Shown here: piece by piece, positions 10,313 to 22,323 of the stretch
Numbering within the stretch: the stretch's first letter is position 1
Layout of the letters: every line of letters starts with the position of its first letter
Source: Laetmonice hystrix
Taxonomy: Eukaryota
Reading direction: 5' to 3'
DNA: 64,000 nucleotides
Assembly: GCA_965235115.1 (NCBI GenBank)
Contig: OZ249442.1
Location: 20,708,001-20,772,000 of the forward strand
Program-made: the position numbers and the translations under genes
The notes under the pieces: model-generated
What the model saw: only the letters and a program-made list of their open reading frames with translations
Database searches by the model: none
What the model was told of the DNA's origin: nothing

Positions 10313-12096
10313 ACAGACGGCCCTGAATGTCAAGCTGGAACTATCATCCCGATTGGACTAAAAGAGGATGTTATTATCAAGTCAGTCAGTGATCCCTTCA
10401 GGTGTATCAGGGGAAGAAAAGATGGAATATACGTGGGACATATGGGAGAGTCAAATGGTGAGTTCATAACAATGTGGATAGATCGACTTTCTATAATTAT
10501 ACTCTATAGTCAGGATGGGGTGGGGGTCAGTGTTGATCCCTTTTAAACCTTCTTTTTCACTTATTTTGTCAATTAATAGGGGGCATAGTCCGCCCTCCCA
10601 AGTCCCCTGGCTCCGAGCGCTAATTACAAAACTGTACCTAATGGGGCGTCTATATTGACTACAGATGCCCTCAAGTGATTTACTTTTTAAACTTGGGCCT
10701 ATAGATCCACTTTTACTTTTGGAACAAAAGCTATATGCAAGACCATATTTCTAATGGCGTAAATGAAATTGTATTCCTACAGGTCACAACGTCACTCTAC
10801 ACTACTATACACGTGTGTCACAGACTTGCCTACTTGTTGTCATGTCCTACAAATCTAGTGTATATCTCGGTATTGACGACGAGGGTAACGTATCTACTCA
10901 AGTAAGTAACATCATACAAGTGGTGCGTTTTGGGAGATAGGTCCCGTCCTGGCAACTGCTGTTATGATGAAATAATGAAACCCGAACACCGGGACAATGC
11001 CTCACTCTTATCCATAAGTGTCCAGGGTCCAGTGCAACACTCCATAGACAGTGTCACATATATACGGCCTTTGATAACCTAGCCGGGGATAAACCAAACG
11101 TGAGAGCAATAGTGTCAAAAAAAAGTAATTATTACATAATTTTAGCTGTATTCTCTCTTCGTGGTCCTATATCGTTCCAATTCCTAATTACAGGTAAATA
11201 ACGTCGCCCTGGATCGTCCCGATCAAACTGCGCTCTTTCGGTTTCATACGAAGACGGGCAGCCACAGGGTTTCGTTTGAAGCGCTGAACCTCCCTGGTAA
11301 GTGAACAGACTAGATCTGATTTCAACTTTTTGACATTTCGTCCTTAGTTGGTTGGTTAGGGTTTATCTTGTAGCCTACTGCTACTCGTCTACTAACTTAA
11401 TAACGATATGCCATTGCCTACTCGTCATCCATTGTTAATAACGATATAGACTCGTTAAAACTTACAGATAAAGCTCTTCGTTAACGAAAACGTTAACGAA
11501 TCTATCAGTGAGGGGATCCTACTTGTTATTGAAGTAGCAGTAAACTGTTATTCACTTCTACAGAAGATATCATTACCAACGAGCTTATTTAGACCTGGGC
11601 CCGGTTTTTTGGTTGAGCTTGAGACGAAAACCTCGTCTCAAGCTCACGGCCCTATACTATAGGAGTCGACTCATAGGGCCGTGAGCTTGAGACGAGGTTT
11701 TCGTCTCAAACTTGACTCAAGCTCAACCAAAAAACCGGGCCCTGGTCCCCGTCCTGTTCGTATCAATCTCATCTAGTTCTATGGGAACCTCCTAGCAGAT
11801 TTTTTAAAAATTAATTTTAAATCGAAAACACGTTCAACTTTTTCATTTCTTGCCCTCTAATTTGTCAGTTAATTATTATTTATAGCTTAAATTGGGACCA
11901 GCAAATCATGACTTGACATAGGCCAGAAATGCAACATAATTTATTTGGGGGAAAAGGGAGGTGTTCCAGCTTCATTCATCTTCAAAGGAGTTTGTCTGGT
12001 TTTTACGCAGGTCACTTCCTGGCCGTGACGAATGGCAACCTTCAGCTAACAACGGACCAGTTAAATCTGGCGACACAGTTTGATTTCTTCACCTAG
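7516..12096 (+). CDS. PDZ domain + acidic linker + IL-1-like beta-trefoil protein (~324 aa, leaderless)
   Basis: Exons 7516-7579, 7635-7762, 8070-8185, 8385-8487, 8852-8918, 10269-10457, 10783-10901, 11194-11296, 12011-12096 (975 nt, no internal stop, phases 1,0,2,0,1,1,0,1). PDZ: IKKVGLVLVRRYSDGHMRHFVEDI...ERGDQLIFAKDALLVGMSHQEVVTHLRNLP. Linker: (ED)7DTDG. C-terminal domain ends [50 protein letters not shown]. The first two exons are the least certain (55-nt intron, weak acceptor). Confidence 0.85.
8876..10034 (+). repeat. 90/105-bp minisatellite (12 units) spanning the exon 5 3' end and splice donor of the PDZ-trefoil gene
   Basis: Unit ATAACCACCGTGGTCTCACTCAMGTCCAATACAGACTGGATAG|GTAGGTCTATAGACTATCATAGCACACTACCACACGGTGCCGATATT, with optional ATAACCACCGAGGAC. 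Donor GT at 8919, 9009, 9114, 9219, 9324, 9414, 9504, 9601, 9691, 9796, 9886, 9991. Confidence 0.97.
11598..11741. mobile_element. Palindromic MITE, PIF/Harbinger-type, CTG target duplication
   Basis: GGCCCGGTTTTTTGGTTGAGCTTGAG at 11598 and its reverse complement ending at 11741; CTG at 11595-11597 and 11742-11744; nearly fully self-complementary. Confidence 0.9.
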
Positions 12097-12749
12097 CAGC
12101 TATTTTTAGACGACACTGACGCGCCATCTGGCGATAAGCATATAGTCGCAGCAGTTCCCTATTTAAGCTAACATATTAGTTTGAACGTTTCTGAGGTTTG
12201 AAACCTTACGCTGAATGCATGAAATCTATATCTAGATGTATAATTTATTGATATAAATGCGCAACTTATTTATTGATGCATTATCCATAGTACATAGTAC
12301 ATAGTGCATCCGACAATGTAGCTCACCTAGTTTTCGTTGTAAATAAACTTCAGCAACATTTCTATTTAAAAAAAAACGTATTTTCTTGTGACTAAATAGA
12401 ACACACATTACTAAGGAGGCCTGTGTGGTATAGGAGTTACACATTGGCGGACCTGCGCCTTTAGAAACCTCCACCGAACCCCGTCCAAACATGCCCTGAA
12501 CATGGCAAACATGTAAACAAACAAAAAACAACAGTCACATTGCAGATAGTATACGCATACACATGCCAGAACATTTCTTTCTCGTATAAACTATGAAAAT
12601 ATTCGGACGCGGAATTAGATATCCTCTCCCACGACCAACCTGGTACAACTTCGTACAGTCTCACATATATAATACATTCTTTCTTTTTTTATATTTTCTA
12701 TCTATTTCCCTTATTTTTGAGATCCAATTTAAGATGTAAATCCGCTGTT

Positions 12750-15700
12750 TTACTTCATGCCAATCAGAGTCCGTTTAGTCATTGCTAAGAGCACATTAAA
12801 CTCCACATCAAGGTGGCACCGCCAGAAGCGACGTACACGACCCCAGACGTCGGCCGGGAAGTTGGGGCTTGCGATACCGTGAAAGATACGTGCGATAGCA
12901 CGTGCTGTCAGAGTATGCTCATCCGAGTACAAGTTTATAAACTGGCGAACGTCACCACATACCATGTCTTCATTATAACTCGGTCCCTAGGAGAAACAGA
13001 TAGAAATCATTCAGAAATATCGCAAAGTCTTCACTCTTACTTGATGAGTACAATGAGTGAGAAAGTGAGAGTACAGTGCCGTCATTAGGTTTCTCAATGT
13101 GCTGAAATGATATGTAAATAGGAGATCGGAAATCTGATGCTAAGAACTCCTAATCTACTACTACCTCTAGCTCCAAACCTAGTCCTAATACTAGCCCTAA
13201 GACATGATATCCCTATCCCTGCCTCTAACTCCTAACGTTACCATCCCTAGCCCAAAACATGTCTGTAAACGATCTAGTAATCGAGTAAAAAAAAAAGACA
13301 AGTGAAAAAAACGAGAGTTGTACCTGCGATAACGGACAGACTGGGCTGGTGGTTGCCATGTCACCCGGCAACTCGGGCGGTGCGTCACCACTGCCCTCTG
13401 GCGGCTGGTGGTTGAAGTAACGTCTGATCTGTGCCTTCAGACGTTCACAACGGTCCATGTCAACGACGTCCGCACACATGTAGAAATTCTTGTGGGATAC
13501 ACTGCAAAAAATAAATAAATAAAAACATACAGAAAAAAAAACCTTAAAAATACAAACATTATTCTTGCTTTATTTTTCATGACGCTTTACAGACATAACA
13601 GGGAAGCTAAACTAACATGGTGCGCCATCATTCCGACAGGGGCGCCCCAGTACGACAGGGGCGCCACCAGTACGACTGTGGCACTTGTAATGCTAAAGCT
13701 TAGCATAAAAAAATATCATTTTTCACATTGGAAATGCGCTGTTTCAAGCCTGAGGTTTAAAGACACCATTTTAATCCTTTTTTGTTTAGCTTATCTTCCC
13801 TCATATGCTTAGTCAACCCTACTATTTTAAGAACGAGTCAGCTACCACGAGGGTAGGATTCCTTACGCATGGAGAACACTGTGGAAATAGTGAAGATGGT
13901 TCAACTGGGTGCTTTCCTGTGACGTCATCCTGTCTGTGAGCATGGTAACAATGGTGTCAGTCTCCTCATCAGTTAGGTTACCACGGCAACGAATGTGGAA
14001 GGCCAGCTCAGAAAACTCTATCATGACGTTACTCCTCTGGTAACCTGAATGTAAAACGATTTTGATGTGAAACTTATATATCAAAATGTGACACAATGCC
14101 ATGCTGGGCTACATTATAACACATGCTTCATATACTTGACGCTCTTACGATCAAAACTTGTTATGTCATAAAACCACCGGAGAAAACACAAGACAATCAG
14201 TATTTCACTCATGACTGAATTATTTTTGTCTCGTATTTTGTGCTGCCAATGGCTGAGGTGGTAGCATGTTTTCCTCGCCACATTCACTCCGTGTTTTTAT
14301 CAAAATGAACCTGTATGAAGTATTCACTGCACATTTAGTACTGTTTCCATACCTGTTGGGGTAGTATACCACTTGAGTCTGGCTAGTTCTCTCTTCACTG
14401 TAACAGGATCTGTTCCTAGACTGTCTGCTACCTCAAACACTGGCAGGGAGAAGTCAATTTGATCTGTTGTCCGTCCCTGCAGCTTCGCCTGAGCAACTGC
14501 TACAGCAACGGCTGGACACTAAAAATATTATAAAAATAAGAAAGCGAAGTACTCAGTTTTAGAAAAAACATTACCGGCATTTTTAGTTTCACTTTGACCT
14601 GTTGAAAACTTTACATAATCCGGTAGTTTTACTTTAGATCGACAATGATAATTTATCAGAGGTGTCCTTGTTTGCATGGTGCATTACCTTCCTTGCCAGT
14701 ACGTTGAGTTGGTTGTGTCCGCCGTAACATTTGAGAGTACATGTACTGTAGACGGGCGGGTAGACTTCTAGCCACCGCTGCTCGTGTAACTCCAGGTAAC
14801 ACAACAGTGTACTGATACCTAGACGACAACCAAATACAAATACATGTACATTGACTGCAGTTGACACTGGGAATTTGGAAGCAAATGATGAATTTTATCA
14901 TATTGAACGGCTGTATGCCTAACAGTCTGTTAAACTTAAAACTAACGTAAAAATACAGCACATAAACACCACACATGTTTGAATTACCCAAAAAAATGTT
15001 AACATAACAAGTTTCAAGTGTACCTACCCTCTTCCCGCATGTCTAGTTCTGTTACAAGACTTTCGATTGGTACTGCCCTCTGGTGGCCCCTACAGACAAC
15101 TTCCTGACTGTTAGGCTTTTCACTTTCCTCCTAAAATGGCGACACAAATTTTGTTATGATATGATATATGATCATAATCGTGCAGGTCTACAATAATACA
15201 CATCCAAAAATCACTTAGCTGACATACTGACGTGCATTTTGACTTACTAAAAAAGCAAAAGGTCTCACTTTGCATGCCTACCTTATCACAATCCCGAAGT
15301 TTGGCATAGAAGCGTTCACAGCGACACCTGGTGAACACTCTGCTGACTAGTTTTTTAATACTGACCCTGTCGACCGTGTTGGAGTAAATGTGACGCTTCA
15401 GTTCCATCATATCACCGGCCTGAACACAAAAAACTTAATCAACCTAGATATAAAAACATATTAAAATAATTTAAGCCCCCACTGTCTATAAAAACAACCC
15501 CACATATATTCAACATGGAGATAAACATGAACATACCATTTCACTGAGAAACACATGACAGTGTGAGGTTTCCCCGTCACGTCCAGCCCTTCCAATCTCC
15601 TGAACGTAGCTTTCAAAGTTACGTGGTAGATTGTAGTGGATAACCCCTCGCACATCCTGCTTGTCAAGCCCCATCCCAAACGCAACTGTAGCCACAACAA

Positions 15701-18700
15701 TCTGTAGGGCACCATTCATGAAGTTTGTCTGCACGCGTTTCCTTGCCGCTGGCGTTAAGCCAGCATGGTAAGCCTCTGCCAGCGGAATAACTGCACAAAA
15801 CACAACAAACATAGGGTATTACTTTTATAAAACTTTGTACAAGGTTTTTAGCAGGTTTTTAGTGAATGATTTACCATGCATATTATGTTAGGTTCTCGCC
15901 ATAATTAAATTACTTTTTGACTTCACATTATAATTTTCCTCTATAAAAATTCAAATTTACAAACAAGTTCAAAAGTACAACATCACCATAAATCAAGCCA
16001 TACAAACCTTTTTTGCTTTTGGACTTGCTTGGCTTTAGTATTATACATTTTCGTTCCGCGTCTTTGAGGTTGGTGCGAATCAAGGTTGCAAGACGCTCTG
16101 TGGTATCACGCCGGGTGCAGTAGACAATGATCGAGTGACACATTGCAAAGCGATCACCTCTCAGTAGTTCAATCAATGCCTGCATTAAGATCCCAAAATA
16201 CAGACTTCAAACCAAACCACATAATAACCTGCCGACAAATAACTTGCTAATCTCTGCCATACTTTTTCAATCTTCGAAAATCATCGAACAAATAATTACC
16301 ACATCTTCTTTTTCCCTTCTTTCCTTAAATTGCTTCTTGACAAAAAGCTTAGAGTAATGGAATGAATAATTACACAGTCTCTGTCCTCATCTCTGGACAC
16401 GGAGAGAATGAGGTTGTCAGGAATGGCTGTACCACGTATGAAGGCCTCATCAGGTTTCGTTATACCAAGATGGTGGGCTACACTGCACGCTGTTGATTTG
16501 GTTGCTGTCGCCGTGAGACCAAGTAAACAACGTACACCCATTTTCTCGCGCAGTACCTAAACACAACATCTTGTTACCATTGGTACATAGAGCATTGTGG
16601 AACAGCATGAGTAAACCATGTAGAATCATTCAAAGAATGTGCCAGTTTATAATAAATTCTGACCTTGCAAACCCTCAGATAGGAAGGTCTGAAGTGATGA
16701 GACCATGAAGACACACAGTGAGCCTCATCTATACAGGCGAACGCAATCGGAGGCAGCCTGGAGAAATTAAGAAGGCCTCGCCCAGCACCAACCAGGGCCT
16801 CCGGTGAGAGAAGAAGGAAGTGAGCTTCGCCTGCCTCCAACGCTGCTACAACCTTCTCCCGCTGTGGCTTCGTCATGTTGGTGTGAAGACAAACACCGTT
16901 TAATCCTTTTGGCAGGCCAGTTACCTAAGGAAACCAAACATATACACCTCAACACATTGCCACTTTTAACTGAAGTACACAGCCTGAGAGTTGACCAAGA
17001 GACATCCAGTAACTTCCAGGTAACTTTCAACATTCTTTTCATCGATAAAATAAGCCAACTGTCCTTAGTCGTACTCCAAACTATGAAATAAATTTAATAT
17101 TTGTGAGTTTACCTGATCTTCCATGAGTGAGACTAGAGGTGATATAACTAGGGTGAGTGAAGGTTTGTGCTGAGCGTACAGGAGAGCAGGCAGCTGGTAG
17201 CACAGAGATTTTCCTGACCCTGTTGCCAGCTGCACCAACGTCGACTGACCTAAACACACACGCACAAACAACTGACTACACAACTGACCTCAGGTGTACG
17301 CAATAAAAAACAACACAATTTCATAATACTTTATGCTATGAATAATTGTAGAAAAAAAACCCTGAACTCCATACCACAGAGGATTCGCATGACTGCCTGT
17401 TCTTGTCCTGGTCGGAATGACTCGAAGCCAAAGGTGCGCAGACCTTTCATCACTGCTGCAGGTGTGGCTGAAATCCGATCCGAAGATCTTAGTCCCAACA
17501 TCAACCACCCAAACACTTACCATGAAACCTTTAATACAGCATACCACTTTATTGTGACCATACTTTATTATGTACTAAATCTATTTTTGTAATACTGCCA
17601 GCCAAGAATATTGGTTTTACCAAAACATTAATTTGTTAATTGATCACACATCTAACCTGGGATTCCTCCATCTGGGTTAAGCTGATAGAGTGGTTCAGCT
17701 ACTGGAGGGGGCAGTACGTTAGACTCCGGAGTGTTCCCTTCCTGCATGGCTAACTCTGCCTCGACCATATCCATATCTTCAACGTAGTTACCACACCCTG
17801 CCTCCACTGGATCGTCATCCTTGCCAGATTCTGTCATCTTGGATTTGGGCGTTTTTGTCTTCGTCTGCTCCTTGGCTGCCGGAGGGGCCTCACCTCGGGC
17901 CATGCGCAATGCTTCACCAAGCGTGGGAAAGTCTTCTGGTGGCAGGTCAGGATCCTCCTCCACGGCCGATTGTTTTTTACCTAAAGAGCCAAGTATTTTT
18001 TACACTCACTGCAAGAATCGCCATGTACACTAAATATGTGAGAATATTCTCTCGTAAACATCCTAGTTTATACCATCCCGGTCAAGTCTTTGAAAACATG
18101 CCTACCTTTGCAGTTCTTAGCCCAGTGACCCTCACCGCCACATTTAAAACAATTGCTGCCCCGACTCTTTGCCCTCGCCTCCATTTTCTGCTTCCATTGC
18201 ATGCGCTTGAGCTGGGGCCCTGTCCTGCCTCCTCCCCTCCGTCTGTATGTCTTCACCTTCATGTTCAGCCTCACAAAGTTTTGTGATGAAGAAGCCCTGT
18301 AAAAGTTAGCAAGATTTCATACTATAAATCAGTATAATACTTTCCAATTATTCATCATCCATAAGACATACCTGCTGAAATCAATGGAAGGATTTACCTC
18401 TAACTAGCAAACTTGTTTTTTTGTACCCAATCTATCTAGCTTATCAACATAAAACATTTTTATGCCTTCATTTTTAATGGTCTTTTCTCATCATACACAG
18501 ACATCTCTAGGTGCTTATATTTATAACCTCTCTAGGTGCTTATGTTTATAACATCTCTAGGTGCTTATGTTTATAACATCTCTAGGTGCTTATGTTTATA
18601 ACCTCTCTAGGTGCTTATGTTTATAACCTCTCTAGGTGCTTATGTTTATAACCTCTCTAGGTGCTTATGTTTATAACCTCTCTAGGTGCTTATGTTTATA

Positions 18701-21511
18701 ACATCTCTAGGTGCTTATGTTTATAACATCTCTAGGTGCTTATGTTTATAACCTCTCTAGGTGCTTATGTTTATAACCTCTCTAGGTGCTTATGTTTATG
18801 ACATCTCTAGGTGCTTATGTTTATAACATCTCAAGGTGCTTATGTTTATAACATCTCAAGGTGCTTATGTTTATAACATAGGTGCTAATGTTTATAACTT
18901 ACCCTGAAGGTTTTGATACTGTAGTTGAAGGACCAAACTTCTTTGCTTTCACCTTTTTCTTTGAAGTTCTTTCTTCCTGCATTTCTTCTTCAGAACTATC
19001 GACCTTTCATCAAAATAAAACAATTTTATGACCAAAGATGATCTGACAAAGCTACCTACTCTTATACTTGACTCATAAACCTCATTTCCTTATTGTGAGG
19101 AAAATATGCTCTCAATTGAAATCTACAATAAAACTGAACTTTATAATAAACAACTCAATTGAGTTACGGAATAAGCTGCACAACAATTTGTTTTTCAGGT
19201 AAAACTTACTTTCCTTTTCTTGTCTGAGTCTATCATAACATCCTTATCTTGCTCGTCAGGAAAGCCTTTCTTTCGCTTCTGTCCTCTTCCTTCTTGACCG
19301 GTTTGGTCATTCCTACCCCGTGCTTCATTTCCATAATCCAGTTGTGACAGAGGTGCCCTCTGGTGATTGAAATCAGTAGTAGCAGGGCCTTGTGGTTTGT
19401 CATCATGTGAATGTCCAGCAGGTGCTTGATGTCGGTTGTCATTCGACTGTGCAGCAGGTGCTTGATGTCGGTTGTCATTCGACTGTGCAGCAGGTGCTTG
19501 ATGTCGGTTGTCATTCGACTGTGCAGCAGGTGCTTGATGTCGGTTGTCATTCGACTGTGCAGCAGGTGCTTGATGTTGGTTGTCATTCGACTGTGCAGCA
19601 GGTGCTTGATGTCGGTTGTCATTCGACTGTGCAGCGGGTACTTGATGTCGGTTGTCATTCGACTGTGTAGCAAGTTTATCTCCTACAGGAGAAGTTACTG
19701 ACAATGATTTAGGTGAATCACCCATAAACACACTGTCTGTGGTAAAGGAACAACCGTTCTCCTCAAAGGAACTTGATTGCTCCAAGGTATTCTGTTTTTC
19801 AACAGCACTACTACTCTGCACAGTTGATCTCTTGTGGTTGTCATTGGCTGTTTTTGTCTTATGTGACCGAGTAGAGAGTTCCACCTGGTGTTGACTTAGG
19901 AAGTGATCATCTTCGCTGTCTAGCTGAGACAACAGCCCCTGGTCCATAGTTCTACGTGAAAAGCTGGATAAAGATTTCTTAACAGGAAGTACAAAGTCAG
20001 CTTGCTCTTGTCCCATGGTGCCCGTACTGAAGGATCTTGTTTTCAAGTTTTGCGTGACCTTCAATGCCCTTGCAAAGATGCTACCTTCCTTTGGGGAGAT
20101 GGCCAGGCTGCCCTCCTCCGCCGCGTTGATGGCGTGTTCCTCCTTGGCAGCCTCCTCCAAGGCAGGCCCAAGGCTCGGTATCGACAGGAAGTCCCACTTG
20201 TTCCTCCGTACTGGCCACTGGGGACGAGGAGTGTCTTTCTTCTTGAAGCAGGAGATAGATTTGTCTTCATTCGCTGGCAGCAGGACACTTCGACCCATTT
20301 GACCTTTCTTTGACACCGCTACTTTCCCCTAAAGAAAGAGCACATTTTATCAAGAATGAGCACTCAGCAAGTCGACGCAGAGAGGTAAATTCTGTTCAGT
20401 GTGCCCTGTCCCATGTAACAAGGAACAATTGGAGGCAATACCTCTTTTATACTTACAGGGAATGCTCTGTTAGGACAGGACAGTGTCAGGCAAAAACAAT
20501 TACCACCTATTTGTCCTCAGCCTGTGAAAGTACTAGATACACGTACTACACCTGATAATTCTTTAAAGATGCCAATATTACCATGCTAGTTGTAGTGCAG
20601 GCTTGCTGCCACAAGTTCTGTGCTATCTTGGTTGAGCATGATGACTGAGCGACTTGTTCCTTCGTGCTGTCTTTATCTGTTCGCACACCTTCCTTTGAGT
20701 GGCTCTTGTTGAGTTCTGGGCCCCAAACATCAACACCCTGATCCACAGATTATAATAAAAGTATGAGTAGGACGGACTGCTGTGAACTTAAACATAGAAT
20801 TATTATGCTTTAAGTTTTGTAGTACAGAAATAATCAGGGCTTGATTAACCAGTGCTTGAATACTCTAGAAATATTTTGATAACATTATTAGATTTACATG
20901 TATAATCATGAAAATTATGTACATCCCTCTGCTGGCAGCACACGGAACAAGACAATCAATTTTCTTACCTGTGTTGCATTGGAGGCACCTTTCTTTAGAA
21001 CGTTATAGGTCTTGTATGTCTCTGAAGTGAAATCATATAATAAATAGTCAGTTTAATTGTGTTTTTTTTAGTAATCTCCAAGTAGCTATTATGTGATCTC
21101 TTTGCATCAAATGCAGTCTATGCACATATCCTCAAAACTTATGGTTTATTTATTATTTTCATCTTTATTTTAACATTTTTAATGTTATCAAATTTTAAAA
21201 TATTGATATCTGTAGGATTTAAAATTATGGCCACAATTACCTTTGATTTCTGCATTGGCCTCTATATCCTCCTGAAAAATTAGGAAATTGGTTGTCCAAA
21301 AGCCGTCAACTGACATGTCAATTTGAACTAACACAAGTTGATCCCAACACAACAGAACACCCATCCATTTATTTCTCCAGAATTACAAATGTAAAAATAA
21401 TATTAGTTTGGAAAAGACCATCATCACCTTTCCTGGTTTTCTGTCATGTTCTCTGATGAACTGTGTCTCCCACTTCTTCAGCTTTAGCTTGATGTCTTTA
21501 AGTTCAGCCAT
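12750..21511 (-). CDS. RECQL4: ATP-dependent DNA helicase Q4 (RecQ4), complete, 21 coding exons
   Basis: Exons (minus strand): 21511-21428, 21271-21241, 21021-20969, 20737-20552 (or 20582), 20328-19210, 19003-18903, 18296-18106, 17980-17657, 17467-17375, 17249-17113, 16924-16664, 16556-16374, 16179-16008, 15790-15537, 15419-15282, 15130-15028, 14818-14688, 14518-14353, 14044-13867, 13501-13324, 12986-12750. Sld2-like start [18 protein letters not shown]; NFVRLNMK; CCHC knuckle [14 protein letters not shown]; motif [14 protein letters not shown]; [14 protein letters not shown]; TATAT; ATVAFGMG; [10 protein letters not shown]; RecQ4 Zn-binding cysteines (CRC, CRGH, CP); C-terminal [15 protein letters not shown]. 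Confidence 0.98.
18501..18898. repeat. 25-bp minisatellite (~16 copies) in RECQL4 intron 6
   Basis: ACMTCTCTAGGTGCTTATGTTTATA in tandem, ending next to the exon 6 donor. Confidence 0.97.
19417..19668 (-). repeat. Coding 36-bp tandem repeat x7 in RECQL4 exon 5
   Basis: Encodes ([12 protein letters not shown])7 in the RECQL4 frame; the other ORFs over 19233-19701 are alternative-frame artefacts. Confidence 0.96.
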
Positions 21512-21878
21512 CTCTTCAACTTCTTAATTCAACTCACAGATTGAGTGTGAATGGTTTGTGTAGGCCTACTGTACGTACCTGTGGTGTAATGTGAGTTTAG
21601 ATTTTTAGAAATGGCAAGTCAGTCTTCACCATTCCATTGATCTTCCACACAAATAAAACTTCAGAATGCAACTTGGCTGTTTTCCCTAGGCTGTCAATCA
21701 ATATCACTCACTCTATTAAAGTGTATGCTGTCCTAGAGACTAACGTTAGAGACAGAGTAGAGTGTAACATGGGTGTCAGGTGAAAACGTTTTCACTGGCA
21801 TTCGTAACATGTACACTGACTGAGTCTGACTAATGCAGTAAATGCCACTATAAAAAAAAGAAACCCGACTGCACAGTA

Positions 21879-22096
21879 TTCGCCGCCGCCGTATTCGCCG
21901 CAGTAGGACACAGCCCTCTATATGAATGGCTGCGTTCAGTGTGACACTGACAGTGAAAGCGCAACATTTTCGTAGTCTTTCTCATCTGTCCGGCAAAGCT
22001 GTCTGCAACTTTCGAATTCGTCCGTGGGCGCCGCCATTTTGGGAAGTCATGTGATTTAAAGATGCGATCTGATTGGGCGAATACGGCGGCGGCAAA
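21879..22096. repeat. Inverted-repeat element about 370 bp upstream of the RECQL4 ATG
   Basis: TTCGCCGCCGCCGTATTCGCC (21879-21899) versus GGCGAATACGGCGGCGGCAAA (22076-22096); encloses YY1-like CGCCATTTT and a GATTGG (CCAAT) box. TE versus promoter is unresolved. Confidence 0.55.
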
Positions 22097-22323
22097 TGTC
22101 AAACCAGTTTTAGACTCTCCGGCTGGGCACAAACCCTTAGCCGGAGTGAACCCAAACCCCCGTCCACCTCCTAACCTAATATATTTTGTACATGCCTTCC
22201 TCCCGCACGACCTCTCATGGATTCTGGCGGCAGCAATCACACAGGTTGTCACACGGCCGTCCCTCCCGCACGACTCCGTCCCGGCTCCGTCCCGGCTCCG
22301 TCCACGCTCACGATCTCGCCCTG

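Noticed and set aside
12079-12096. C-terminus FDFFT as an intramolecular ligand for the protein's own PDZ
   Set aside because: PDZ ligands normally end in V/L/I/F; a terminal Thr does not fit, and these residues are needed as the last trefoil strand.
13160-13260. CCTAA/TAACC-rich tracts (also ~8270-8350, ~22150-22180, ~33690-33730) as interstitial telomere
   Set aside because: These are not tandem TTAGGG; they look like degenerate parts of interspersed repeats, and I could not define the ends.
15074-15088. CTCF-like motif (GGCCACCAGAGGGCA on the minus strand); similar at 51365-51382
   Set aside because: The first is explained by RECQL4 codons (GHQRA), and isolated matches are expected by chance; needs ChIP data.
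19233-20313. Several extra ORFs on both strands over RECQL4 exon 5
   Set aside because: They are alternative-frame and antisense shadows of the coding exon and its 36-nt repeat.
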